Assembly: GCA_002269645.1 (NCBI GenBank)
Contig: NIVC01000946.1
Coordinates: forward strand, 248,001 to 312,000
Reading direction: 5' to 3'
DNA length: 64,000 nt
From: Macrostomum lignano
Taxonomy: Eukaryota
Shown here: positions 47,700 through 60,595 of the stretch, one piece after another
Layout: every line of letters begins with the position of its first letter
Numbering within the stretch: position 1 is the stretch's first letter
Position numbers and translations under genes: made by a program
The notes under the pieces: generated by a model
The model's input: the letters and a program-made list of their open reading frames with translations, nothing else
What the model was told of the DNA's origin: nothing
The model's database searches: none

Positions 47700-50245
47700 T
47701 GTGTCTGCAAGCGTCAGTGAGATTTGTCTGTGAGTGTCTCTGAGGTGTCTGTGAATGACTCTGAGATGTGTCTGTGAGTGTCACTGAGATGTGTCTGTGG
47801 GTGTCACTGAGATGTCTCTGTGAATATCACTGAGATGTGTCTGTGAGTGTCACTGAGATGTGTCTGTGAGTGTCACTGAGATGTGTCTGTGAGTGTCACT
47901 GAGATGTGTCTGTGAGTGTCACTGAGATGTGTCTGTGAATATCACTGAGATGTGTCTGTGAATATCACTGAGATGTGTCTATCAATATCACTGAGATGTG
48001 TCTGTGAGTGTCACTGAGTGTGTCGGTGAATATCACTGAGATGTATCTGTGAGTGTCACTGAGATGTGTCTGTGAGTGTCACTGAGTGTGTCTGTGGATG
48101 TCACTGAGGTGTGTCTGTGGATGTCACTGAGATGTGTCTGTGAGTGTCACTGAGATGTGTCTGTGAGTGTCACCGAGATGTGTCTGTGAATATCACTGAG
48201 ATGTGTCTGTGAATGACTCTGAGATGTGTCTGTGAGTGTCACTGAGATGTGTCTGTGGGTGTCACTGAGATGTCTCTGTGAATATCACTGAGATGTGTCT
48301 GTTAGTGTCACTGAGATGTGTCTGTGAGTGTCACTGAGATGTGTCTGTGAGTGTCACTGAGATGTGTCTGTGAGTGTCACTGAGATGTGTCTGTGAGTGT
48401 CACTGAGATGTGTCTGTGAATATCACTGAGATGTGTCTATCAATATCACTGAGATGTGTCTGTGAGTGTCACTGAGTGTGTCGGTGAATATCACTGAGAT
48501 GTATCTGTGAGTGTCACTGAGATGTGTCTGTGAGTGTCACTGAGTGTGTCTGTGGATGTCACTGAGGTGTGTCTGTGGATGTCACTGAGATGTGTCTGTG
48601 AAGATCATTGAGATGTGTCTGTGAGTGTCACTGAGATGTGTCTTTGAGTGTCACTGAGATGTGTCTGTGAATATCACTGAGATGTGTCTGTGAGTGTCAC
48701 TGAGATGTGTCTGTGAGTGTCTCTGAGGTGTCTGTGAATGACTCTGAGATGTGTCTGTGAGTGTCACTGAGATGTGTCTGTGAGTGTCACTGAGATGTGT
48801 CTGTGAGTGTCACTGAGATGTGTCTGTGAATATCACTGAGATGTGTCTATGAATATCACTGAGATGTGTCTGTGAGTGTCACTGAGTGTGTCGGTGAATA
48901 TCACTGAGATGTATCTGTGAAGATCACTGAGATGTGTCTGTGAGTGTCACTGAGATGTGTCTGTGAGTGTCACTGAGATGTGTCTGTGAGTGTCACTGAG
49001 ATGTGTCTGTGAGTGTCACTGAGATGTGTCTGTGAGTGTAACTGAGATGTGTCTGTGAGTGTCACTGAGATGTGTCTGTGAATATCACTGAGATGTGTCT
49101 GTGAATTTCACTGAGATGTGTCTGTGATTGTCACTGAGGTGTCTGTGAATATCACTGAGATTTATCTGTGAATATCACTGAGATGTGTCTGTGAGTGTCA
49201 CTGAGGTGTGTCTGTGAGTGTCACTGAGGTGTGTCTGTGAGTGTCACTGAGGTGTGTCTGTGAATATCACTGAGATGTGTCTGTGAATGTCACTGAGATG
49301 TGTCTGTGAATATCACTGAGATGTGTCTGTGAGTGTCACTGAGATGTGTCTGTGAGTGTCACTGAGATGTGTCTGTGAATGACTCTGAGATGTGTCTGTG
49401 AGTGTCACTGAGTGTGTCTGTGGGTGTCACTGAGGTGTGTCTGTGAGTGTCACTGAGGTGTGTCTGTGGGTGTCACTGAGGTGTCTGTGAGTGTCACTGA
49501 GGTGTGTCTGTGAATATCACTGAGATGTGTCTGTGAATGTCACTGAGATGTGTCTGTGAATATCACTGAGATGTGTCTGTGAGTGTCACTGAGATGTGTC
49601 TGTGAGTGTCACTGAGATGTGTCTGTGAATATCACTGAGATGTGTCTGTGAGTGTCACTGAGTGTGTCTGTGGGTGTCACTGAGGTGTGTCTGTGAGTGT
49701 CACTGAGGTGCGTCTGTGGGTGTCACTGAGGTGTCTGTGAGTGTCACTGAGATGTGTCTGTGAATATCACTGAGATGTGTCTGGGAGTGTCACTGAGGTG
49801 TGTCTGTGGGTGTCACTGAGGTGTCTGTGAGTGTCACTGAGGTGTGTCTGTGGGTGTCACTGAGGTGTCTGTGAGTGTCACCGAGATGTGTCTGTGAATA
49901 TCACTGAGATGTGTCTGGGAGTGTCACTGAGGTGTGTCTGTGGGTGTCACTGAGGTGTGTCTGTGAGTGTCACTGAGGTGTGTCTGTGGGTGTCACTGAG
50001 GTGTCTGTGGGTGTCACTGAGGTGTGTCTGTGGGTGTCACTGAGGTGTCTGTGAGTGTCTCTGAGGTGTGTCTGTGGGTGTCACTGAGGTGTGTCTGTGG
50101 GTGTCACTGAGATGTGTCTGTGAGTGTCACTGAGGTGTGTCTGTGGGTGTCATTGAGGTGTCTGTGAGTGTCACTGAGGTGTGTCTGTGGGTGTCACTGA
50201 GGTGTGTCTGTGGGTGTCACTGAGGTGTCTGTGAGTGTCACCAAG
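47700..50245. repeat. 23-bp GT-rich minisatellite (CTGAGATGTGTCTGTGAGTGTCA), ~110 copies, 2.5 kb
   Basis: CTGAGAT at 47761, 47784...; variants drift toward GAGGTGTGTCTGTGGGT at the distal end. Confidence 0.97.
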
Positions 50246-50834
50246 ATGATCGGTTCTGCACTGCTTATGTTAGTGAAATATTTTATTAGCTAAAATTAAT
50301 GTCGTATTTCTATTAAGATACTCAAGTACAGACAATTCTATGTTGATGATTTCATCTTGTCGTTTTATTACTTGAATGGCATTGATTTTTTGGAAACAGT
50401 TTTAGCTTCTAAAAAGCACCGCTTGCGAGTACGATTGATTAAAAGACGATAGTTTTGTAGACTTTGAAAGTGTCGATAATTTTACCATTTCTTTTTGTCT
50501 TTTACCTTACTAAGTTTTCCCTGCAAATGTGAAATATTGTTAGTTCTTGCAGCCGTTTATTAATATTTACATTTATAGTTCAATTTTACAAATCAAAATT
50601 GACTGCAGGGAAATTTCTGAAAGCTATTCGCTCTTATATAAGCCGTTGTCCTCATCAACCCCATGAAATTCACCTGTAACATTATGCATACGTTAATGTG
50701 TTGTTATTGAATAATAAAAATTGAAAAACGAACAATTGACTTTCGAATCGCTTTTGATTTTATTTCGAATCGAAAACTGAAATGCTGGTTTGTGTCAAAG
50801 GGACCAATGTTTGCAGGAAAAGTTATTGGTTAGT

Positions 50835-51258
50835 TGTAGAGAGTCATAGGGATGTGTCAGTAGAGAGTTATAGAGGTGTGTCAGTAGAGAGTTATAGAGG
50901 TGTGTCAGTAGAGAGTTATAGAGGTGTGTCAGTAGACAGTCATAGAGGTGTGTCAGTAGATTCCTAGAGATCTATCAGTGCAGAGTCATAGAGATGTGTC
51001 AGTAGAGAGTCATAGACATGAGAGGGTAGACAGTCTTAGAGATTAGGTGGTAGACAGCCTTAGAGATTAGGCGGTAGACAGCCTTAGAGATTAGGCGGTA
51101 GACAGCCTTAGAAATTAGGCGGTAGACAGCCTTAGAGATTAGGCGGTAGACAGCCTTAGAGATGAGGCGGTAGACAGTCTTAGAGATGAGGCGGTAGACA
51201 GCCTTAGGGATGAGGCGGTAGACAGCCTTAGGGATGAGGCGGTAGACAGCCTCAGAGA
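50835..51258. repeat. Two adjacent 24-bp minisatellites (GTGTCAGTAGAGAGTTATAGAGGT; GGCGGTAGACAGCCTTAGAGATTA)
   Basis: Direct read. Both share a GTAGA(G/C)AG core. Confidence 0.88.
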
Positions 51259-52104
51259 TTTGACAATGCAATGCATACCATTGGTCTTGTAAATTATCCA
51301 GCAGATGAACCCGCTGATGAGCCAAGGGTTGGCAGCATATCATTTCAAGCAATTCCATGGTGGCTGATATATTCCCAACGGGATATTTCTCCTCAAAGCT
51401 ACTCTTCAATATATCATTCCCTGACTCAATCAGCTTCCTACTCGTTCAGAACCTGTTCTCAACAGTCTCGCTAATGCGGAGTAAGGTAAACAACTGCCAC
51501 CATGCAACTTGGAAGACTCAAAAACGACACATCGCGACCGACTCCAAGTCTCAATGCGACTCTGCCACGAGATGCGGGCGAGTTTCCACTGGGAAAAGAA
51601 TGAAGTCATAGAACAGTCTGATTGATGAAGCTTTAGTAAGCTGGGAGTCTCTGTCTAACTAAGCTAGATATTTTTCTTTCCCGGCTTCGCTTGGATAATG
51701 ACGGGGTCAAAGGGCGAAGTTCATATATCTATATAAAACTTTAAATCAAAGTCGTGAGCCTTTCTCTTCTTCAAAGCCTTCCCGTATATTTCATGCATAA
51801 ATTCCGCAATGGTCCCATATGCATTGGCTTGCCCGAGTTGACTAATTGGGTGGCTTACCCCCCCCCCCCACTCTTTCTATTCGAGCCGAGCCTATATATC
51901 TCAATTAAAGCCTAAGATTTGTGCATATTTTATCATTTTCTGGCGCAAAAAATGCTCAGGCTGCTAGCAATAGCTTTGAGCTGCAAAAGTTTTTTAGCTG
52001 ACTCATTATGCTTGATTGATTTGAAAGTTTTTAAACTCCCCAGCTTTCTCCATCCTTGAGACTGCGACTATTCTAGTCTAGTTTGATCTAGTCTCTACTC
52101 TAGA

Positions 52105-52310
52105 GGGGGGTTCTAGCATAGTGGTTACAGCTTCGGACTTACGACGGAAAGGTCGGGGGTTCGATTCTCGAATCACACGGAACAAGTTGTGACCTTGAGC
52201 AAGGACACATTTTCTCTCTTTCCCAGCTCTCTCCAGTCCCCTCCGAGCCCAACCATCCTCGACCACTGCTTTTCCAACACCAGCGCCAAGTTGCGAATAA
52301 ATAAAGTACA
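52105..52310 (+). mobile_element. tRNA-derived SINE
   Basis: A-box TAGCATAGTGG and B-box GGTTCGATTC at tRNA spacing, with no acceptor stem. Followed by GTGACCTTGAGCAAGGACAC, which resembles conserved SINE core segments, and an A-rich AATAAATAAA end. Confidence 0.7.
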
Positions 52311-52505
52311 CGACCAGTGTGGGTGTGGCTTTCCATCACATTGCTTGGCTTTTGCAGTCCATGGCCCATAGACTACGGCAAGACGCAGGCAAGGCCCCTC
52401 GCAGGCAGCGTATGGAGGATACTCAGTTTGGCTGGCTTTATTCTCAATCAGGCTGTCAAAAGCTATACTAAAATACGGTAATATATGCTACATAAACAAG
52501 TTTAG

Positions 52506-55155
52506 CAAACTTCTCGGAGCGATGTTAAAAGTGGAAGCTCACGAGGCTATTGTGGTGGACTGTATCGCGGCCCTGGAGTGGCAGGAGCCGAAGCCTTGTG
52601 AGCTGCGCAAGAACCTGCGCACCAACATGTGCGAGCTGCTGAAGTATGGGATGTTCGATGGCCAAGGGATCAAGATGATTATGAATCGATGCGAGCTTCT
52701 CGAACTGCACGACGATGCCACTGTTGAGCTGGACTTTCGAGTAAACGGAGTCTCCTACACAGAGGAGAGATACCCATTCGTGATGATTGTTGAGACCAAT
52801 CAAAGGTAGGATGCTTTTATTAGTAGCTGCTTTGCGTACTCGTACATGCACAGGCCACAAGGCTAAGATAGGAAGACCATGCGAACACCGATCCTGTATA
52901 AATAATGAAGGCGAATCATACTACTTAACAAGTAGTTGGAGAGACATAAACACTTCGCTTTTTGTTCACTTCAACTCTGACACCAACAATTCGATTGGCA
53001 TCCACACAGGGCGCAGGAGTCGGACGAAAATAAACTATACAGGGCCTCACCCTGCTACGATCACATGGTCACCAACCTGATCACCAATTTGGATCACCAG
53101 CACAAGTTTGTGCAGATGATGCGCATCTACACAATATCGGAGAAAAATAAGCAGGACTACAAAAATCTTCTTCGTTTCGTTGCCTCGTGCTGTTTAAAAG
53201 CGCGATCGCTGACGCAATTCGTGCTGCCGCTGCTTCGCGCCTATGAGGATGACAAAAATATCTGGCATCTCTACTCCAAGTGAGCGAGCGACCTTGGCTT
53301 ATTCAGTCTGGCTATCTAATTTCACTTTTTAGTCTCGTGTCCTTGACATGGACAACTCTAAAACCGTGACCTCACATCATTAGCATTGAACTATAGCAAT
53401 CTAGTGCCATCGCATTTAAAAACACATTCCTAGACAATAAAATCCTGGACATCAATTAAATGACATTCAGTTGATAGCTATGACATTTAGTTCTGGATAA
53501 CACCACACTATTGACTCAATCTCCCTGACATGTCAACATCTAGTTGATTCAGTAACACATTTCTCAAATCCTTGAGCCAATATACAATACAGGTATCGTA
53601 GTCCCAAACGTCGAAATTATTTCAACACACCACGAGCACCATCACCCTTACACCACATTATCCAACATTATCTGCAACGTCACCTCTCAGGCCTTACTTC
53701 GGCACCATAGCGTCTATTATGCAATCGCTGGCCCAGCTGCAGACCAACAGCAATGCTCAACAGCAGCAGTTCAGCGACCGCGAGCCCGATCGAGAAGACG
53801 CAATCGGCAGTCCCTTGCCGCAACAGTACGTTTTGTACTTCTCAGCCTGCATCCTACAGGCGCTTCAAAAGTTGGCCTCGCATGGAATCTCGTTGAACCG
53901 CATGACTACGGAGAGCGTGATGGTCACGCACCAGCAAATCCCCGTGCTCACTGACTTTCTGTACGCCAACAAGTGCCCCATCCGCTCGAAGCATGCTTTA
54001 AAACGCAGACTGTTGGAACTTCCCGTGCAGCCAGACGACGTCGAGAATGACGCCAGCGGCAGTGTCGGAATTCTCTGGCCGCCGCCAGAGCTGCTGAATG
54101 GAGCTGTCAGTGAAGGCGACTTTGGCCGAGTTGACGTCTGGAACTTTGGCGCCTTTGTGCTTTTGGTGCGACTCCAGGGTCTTATTTGAATCGACTTTTA
54201 AGTTAAGATGCATGATTTAAGTTCACGAATCCAGCTTGCGGGATCACCGCTAGGCAAGATCGCAGTGTTCGCTTGTGGGGGAGGTCTCGAACTCAATATG
54301 CGTTCTAGCAATTTTCAATTTAAGGGACAATCCTGGAATCTTAGGTAAAAAGTCCCTTGGAATCCTGGGTAAACAATCCTGGGATCCTGGAATCCTTGGG
54401 GTAACAGTGTTGGAAGCTTGGGTCCGGTTGTTTATTGACATACACCTCTAGGGGCCAACCCTTAAAGCTTAGTGTTAAAGAGTACAGCTCTGCTGATAAC
54501 CAATTCTCTTCACTTATAGCTATCCGACGATGTCCCTGCAAGCTCACAGACCCCCGGATATGAGAAACTGAATTTTAGCTCACTATCCAAGTTCACCTAT
54601 TCTCACGCATCACAGATGTCGGTTGGCACAGAGACTTTCAAGCACCTGCGCAGCTTGGAGCACAGGGCCGCCGTGAGTCAGACAGGCAAAGTGATCGCTC
54701 TTCAGCCGTGCAATCAGATGACTGCCAACAACAGGCCATGCGGCCTGACAGCCTGCGGTCCGGACCTGCTGCATCTGGTCTCCATCGCTATGGCCGAGTC
54801 GCCGAGCCGCCGGCCAACCATGCGGATACTGCAGTCGGCCAGCTACTACGTCAAGGTGAACTTTTTGAATTTGTGCGAACAAGTAGACGCGTTCGGCATC
54901 GATTTGAACGAGCTGCTTGGATTGCAACCAGTTTTGGTTGAGCAGCCGCAGCAGCTACAACAGCAGCAGCCGCCGCCGCTACAGGCTCAACTACAACAAC
55001 AGCAACAACCAAACCAACAACAGCAGCAGCAACAGCAGCAATTGACAACACTGAAACCTCCGCTGCAAATGCTGGACCAGATGAGCGACGTTGACGAACT
55101 TCTAAATCGAATTGGCGCTCAAGGGGCCATGGCGAGCGAGGGTGGCGCTCCTTGA
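52506..55155 (+). CDS. PKG/AGC-like pseudokinase with polyQ tail (exons 52506-52805, 53043-53279, 53691-54165, 54616-55155; upstream exons unresolved)
   Basis: The four exons join in phase through GT-AG introns. Kinase subdomains: 'FVLPLLRAYEDDKNIW', 'YFSACILQALQKLASHGISLNRMTTESVMV', 'LTDFLYA', 'WPPPELL', 'DVWNFG', 'RRPT'. HRD and DFG are altered. Confidence 0.8.
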
Positions 55156-55518
55156 CCGCGGAAACAGCGGACAATACTCAACAGGCAAAACTGAAAAAAA
55201 ACTTTTTTAATCAAAAATATTTGCTTCAACAAATTATAAACAATTTGATACTCAAATTCCTTGGTTGAATAATTCATAGAATCGTTCTCAGTCTGATTGC
55301 TACTAAAATACAGCTGTCTTAATCCACAATGCACAACAAATTCACCTCGTCAAAGACATCGTACGAAGTGATAGAATTGTTAAGCACGGAGTTAATTAGT
55401 CACTGAAACAATTTTTCCACATGTTGCTTTCAGTGTAACGCTTTCGCGATTCCGTTTGTATTGGTACAGTTAAACATCGAACTTCAGTGTTTAAAAGTTC
55501 AGGTAAGTCTTCGTTTGT

Positions 55519-58500
55519 TTATCGCCTTACTACAGATATCGATCGTTTGCGCTTGATCACAAAGTCACTTATCGCCATCGCATTCGCCCTCGTTGTTGTT
55601 GCACTTGACAGCGTCGCCGTTGGCGGAGCTGGCCTCGCTGAGCCCTATCTGCTCGGCGTTGCAGCCAGTCAATGAGTTGCTGCGAAATCTGTATCGATTG
55701 AATATTTTTAGGGTTTTGAGATTTTCTGCGCAAATTCGCAGTAATTTTCTAATTAGTCCGAAAGTCCGTCCTCGTATCTCTGCCGTAATTAACGACTATG
55801 TACATTAAGCCATTCCTTATCTCTCTGCCCCATTTATTTAAAATGTACATTAACCCAATCTTTATCTCTCTGCCACATTAATTTACAGTGTACATTAATC
55901 TAGTCTTTATCTCTCTGCCCTATTCATTTACAGTGTACATTAACCCAATCTTTATCTCTCTGCCCTATTCATTTACAGTGTACATTAACCCAATCTTTAT
56001 CTCTCTGTCCTATTCATTTACAGTGTACATTAATCTAGTCTTTATCTCTCTGCCCTATTCATTTACAGTGTACATGAACCCAATCTTTATCTCTCTGCCC
56101 TATTCATTTACAGTGTACATTAACCCAATCTTTATCTCTCTGCCCTATTCATTTACAGTGTACATTAACCCAATCTTTATCTCTCTGCCCTATTCATTTA
56201 CAGTGTACATTAACCCAATCTTTATCTCTCTGCCCTATTCATTTACAGTGTACATTAACCCAATCTTTATCTCTCTGTCCTATTCATTTACAGTGTACAT
56301 TAATCTAGTCTTTATCTCTCTGCCCTATTCATTTACAGTGTACATTAACCCAATCTTTATCTCTCTGCCCTATTCATTTACAGTGTACATTAACCCAATC
56401 TTTATCTCTCTGCCCTATTCATTTACAGTGTACATTAGCCCAGTCTTTATCTATCTGCCCCATTTATTAACAATGTACATTAAACCAATGCTATCTGAAG
56501 AATATTTAAATTAATACATAATTTATTTGCGACTCACCCAGGATTCAAGGCACCGTTGGCGAATACCGCAGAGGAATCGGGCTCCAAGCCAGCCGCCTTG
56601 TCCTTGTCGATTGTGGATGCGGCAGCGGCGGCAACAGCGGCAGCGGCGGCAGCAGCAGCGACAGTATCAGTGGTCAGGCCAGCAATGGAGTGACCGTTGA
56701 TTAGCGATTGTTTTTTGTGGCTGCAGGTGAAAGTTAATCGTACTACTTATAAACGTCGAACTTGATTATCGTGCGTTAATTTTTGCGGCAAGAAATTGTG
56801 GCTATTTACCTTTTTTTAATTAGCTTCTTAGGATCTTCCGGGCTAAAAAAAGTTATGAGTTGGGTAATTGTTGTGACTAGCTGCACGTTTTTTCATTTAA
56901 ATTTCAACTAAATTTTGATTCAAATCAAACTAACATTTGATCAAGGACCGATATAAAGGGGCAATTTGTTTTTCTACGGCAAAATTTCAATGGTTCTTTG
57001 AATTGCAAATTTAATACAATAGAAATGGAAAACAACAAATTGCATTGAGGTACCGGTGATTTATCGGCAGAAATGAATCTAAACTATACTGCATCAAGCG
57101 AGCCTTCAAATATTTCTACAATACGCTCGCGATCGTAGTAGGTGTTACGTCCTGATAACACCGTTTCTTCTAGTAGTCCTTGATTGGCACTTTCTCATCT
57201 TCTGCACTTTTAAAGCTAGCACACATATGCGTTTGGTTTGAGTAGGTCTCAAGTTTACCGGCTTGGATTTAGTAGGGGATGTCAAGTTAAGCACCGAAAT
57301 AAAGCTCGAAGATCCGGGCCAAACCTACGGATCGACAGTTTGCCACCCCAGTCAAAATGAACAACGATATACCCCTTTCCAGGTCCCTTCCAGGTCCTGA
57401 ATTAATGAGATATTTCATGTAACATGTAACATGGTCTGAATGCCAATCAAAATCTTTAGAATCGGACAGAATAGCAAGGATTGCGGTTATTGAGAAGAAG
57501 CCTAAATTATTCCTGCATAATACCTGTATGGCTTCAACAGCGACAGTGATTAAAGTCGATAGAACGACGTCGACTGACATCACTAAAATGACGCCGATTG
57601 ACGTCGCTAAAACGACGTCGATGAGGCTGTATCATTTCGATGTGATTTTTACCAGCGGGGGAATTGGGATACGGAAACCAAAAAAATCTGCATGCAGTTG
57701 AGTGCTACATCCTACAACTAGTGCTACATCCTACAACTAGTGCTACATCCTACAACTAGTGCTACATCCTTGACGACAGATTCGGCACTCGCTTACGCGC
57801 ACTTCCTCATGGTTAGAGCGACGACGGTGAGCAGCAGAGTGAACCCAACTGCGGCCGACACCACCACTAGATTGACGAAGTGCGGCGGTGGGATGCTATA
57901 AAACTGGGCATCGATGTACACAATGTAGTGGCCGATGGCATCGTACAGCTTCATGCGGTTGTTCTCAATGATGGCTGCAAAGATTCAGAGAGCAACACTA
58001 TTCACAATCGTTTCAATGATTTTACTGGTAAGAATATATCCGGGATACTGCGAGCTTCCAAATGTGTCCAAAAGATTCGAAGTTTTTGAGTCTTTACGCA
58101 CTCGGACGGGAGCCTGTCCTGAATGCGGACACAGGAGTCCCGACTATTCAAGACAAGTTGGGGCAAAAATTTCTAACCTGGATTTTCTAAAAATGATTTC
58201 TTAGTCTATACGATCATTCAAAATTTCCCTGCTGGTTGACAGGAATGAAAAATAGATCTCGCTATAGAGTTGTAAAGTACAAGATCTTTTTTAAGTAGCT
58301 GGAAACCATCCCGTCCTGTTCTGAAAAAAGTTTGTCCCATTCGCGGATACCAGCCCAAGCAACAGGTACGCGCGTAAAACGCGCATATTTGGATCGGGCA
58401 GGCCCAATCTAGCCCAGCCAATGAGAGAGCTGTAAGGAGAGAGGTCAAAGTTAGACGGACGAACCTCAGTCTAGGGGGGGGCAGGCCCAATCTAGCCCAG

Positions 58501-60595
58501 CCAATGAGAGAGCAGTAAGGAGAGAGGTCAAAGTTAGACGGACGAACCTCAGTCTAGGGGGGGGCAGGCCCAATCTAGCCCAGCCAATGAGAGAGCAGTA
58601 AGGAGAGAGGTCAAAGTTAGACGGACGAACCTCAGTCTAAGGGGGCAGGTCCAATCTAGCCCAGCCAATGAGAGAGAGCAGTATAGCTAGCCGATCGATC
58701 TTGCATTCTTCTGAGATAATGAGATGTAAAATCTTATTTACGCTCGTAACCAAATACGACTATGAACTCATTCTTCTAATTAATTTCGGAACAGGTAAAA
58801 CGATCTGCTATCTTTTATTAGTTACTTACTAGTAGTATCAGCAACTGGCAAGATAAAATTGATTTCATTCTCGCCCGGCTGCTGCAAGCTGTAAGCGATG
58901 GACAGGCGCAGGTTGAGGTAGTGCGAGTCCACATTGGCCGGATAGCCCGGGCTGAAACGTACGCTAGCAGCGGTGAAGTTCCTGCGGAGTGGAATTTTGC
59001 GTGCCTTTGTTAAAAAATATTGCAGTTCGTTTGTTTTACTAGCATCATTGTAACCAATTGAAATTTATTTGAAGGTCTGATTTTGTTCAAAAAACTTTTT
59101 TTTCAGTTCTATTACACTGATCATTTGTATTGATCATTTGCCACGTTTCAAACTTCTAATGTGCATGCATATAGTGTTAGTTACTCTCTGGATACTCACT
59201 GGATAGTAGATTGAGGTGCCGGGCGTGTTTTGATGTACTGCACTGCACCTGACTCACCTGAGTCCAATTATGAGTAACTCTAACTAGCCAGCCAGCCTAA
59301 CTAACCAAACCGGCCTACTCCGGTGTACGCTGCTCTGCGTACTTTTTCTCTCTCTCCCCCTTGACATGATAATATTCAGTAGTGATCGATTCTGAGTTTT
59401 AAGCCCACTTACTTGTTTGTCTTTTAAGCCTATATATTGGTCTCGCCACCTACCACCTCGTATCTCACAATCATTGCAATAATTCGCTCATCTCAAATAC
59501 ACAACTTCGTACTTGACTCAAACCAAGCCCACGGGCGGCCTTGTCATCGTTTACTGGGCGCGACTTGACATAGATACTCACTAGTTACTCTCTGGATACT
59601 TACTGGATAGTGGATACTCACTATAGTTACTCTCTGGATACTCACTGGATAGTGGATGCTCATTAGTTACTCTCTGGATACTCACTGGATAGTGGATGCT
59701 CACTATAGTTACTCTCTGGATACTCACTGGATAGTGGATGCTCACTATAGTTACTCTCTGGATACTCACTGGATAGTGGATGCTCATTAGTTATCGATGG
59801 GTACTCACTGACTACTGAAGTAATTAGACCTGTTCCGCCCCCTGTAACTGGAGGATTTCAATAAACCTAAAGCAGCTTGGATTAGCATTCACTTACTCAA
59901 AACTGCTCGAATTGAAGCCGCAGATGGTGAAATTCCCCATGCAGTAGCCGGTCAGTGCTTGGGCCAGAGTGGCTTTGAATTTCGCTTCCAGACCGGCGCT
60001 GGTCCACTGAAACAATGCGATTGCGAAAAAAATTACATAGATATCATACTTAATACATTTCTAGCGCCAAAAACTCGATCTACACCTTTCATTTGCCCCT
60101 GAGAACATCAGCCTAGTCAAGTGTTATCACCCCACTGGATGCCTTAACACTAACCCAGTTCATCACCAACTCAGATCCCTTAGCGCTTCATCAGGTACCT
60201 TAAAACCTTCTCAGATTCCCAGTACCTACTCAGATACCTCAACAACACTTTCTCTGGTGCATAAACAGATTTTTTATCACCATGCAGAGCTTCATATTGA
60301 TCTTAAGTAGTCCTTGTTGCGTTAGATATTCAATCAATCGCCTTAGGTACATGCGTTTAAAGGGGGGTCAGATCGATCACTACATCAATCTGATGTGGGT
60401 AATCCGAATAATCAGTACATTGCTAACTTCATTCGACATTCGACTCACCTGATCCAGCTGCAGCATGTAGAACTGCACCCTCACATCTTCCCGCTCGTTA
60501 AGAGCTCCGTTAACGACAGCATCTGTTAATGCTGAGCGAGTCAAAGTCAGCTGCAGTATCAGTATTCGTACGAATAACTCAATGTTGAATCGCAT
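55519..60595 (-). CDS. Single-pass type I membrane protein, family unassigned (possible SEA-like ectodomain)
   Basis: Exons read by eye: 60595-60449 (signal-like MRFNIELFVRILILQLTLTRSA), 60006-59897, 58981-~58826, 57974-57797 (ends in TM 'LVVVSAAVGFTLLLTVVALTM' + RKC), ~56720-56540 (poly-Ala), ~55680-55519. Exons between 57797 and 56720 were not resolved. Confidence 0.6.
55800..56490. repeat. Intronic 45-bp minisatellite (TATTCATTTACAGTGTACATTAACCCAATCTTTATCTCTCTGCCC), ~15 copies
   Basis: TATTCA at 55921, 55966... Confidence 0.95.
57701..57770. repeat. 19-bp tandem repeat (AGTGCTACATCCTACAACT) x~4
   Basis: Direct read. Confidence 0.9.
58401..58677. repeat. ~83-bp tandem repeat x~3.3
   Basis: GGCCCAATCTAGCCCAGCCAATGAGAG at 58401, 58484, 58567 and ~58648. 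Confidence 0.9.
59575..59795. repeat. 42-bp tandem repeat x~5 (with one dispersed partial copy at ~59180)
   Basis: TAGTTACTCTCTGGATACTCACTGGATAGTGG at 59582, 59624... Confidence 0.9.

Noticed and set aside
52105-52180. Possible tRNA gene
   Set aside because: The acceptor stem does not pair and the sequence continues into a SINE-like body.
55888-56514. 208-aa hydrophobic repeat ORF
   Set aside because: It coincides exactly with the 45-bp intronic array on the strand opposite the host gene.
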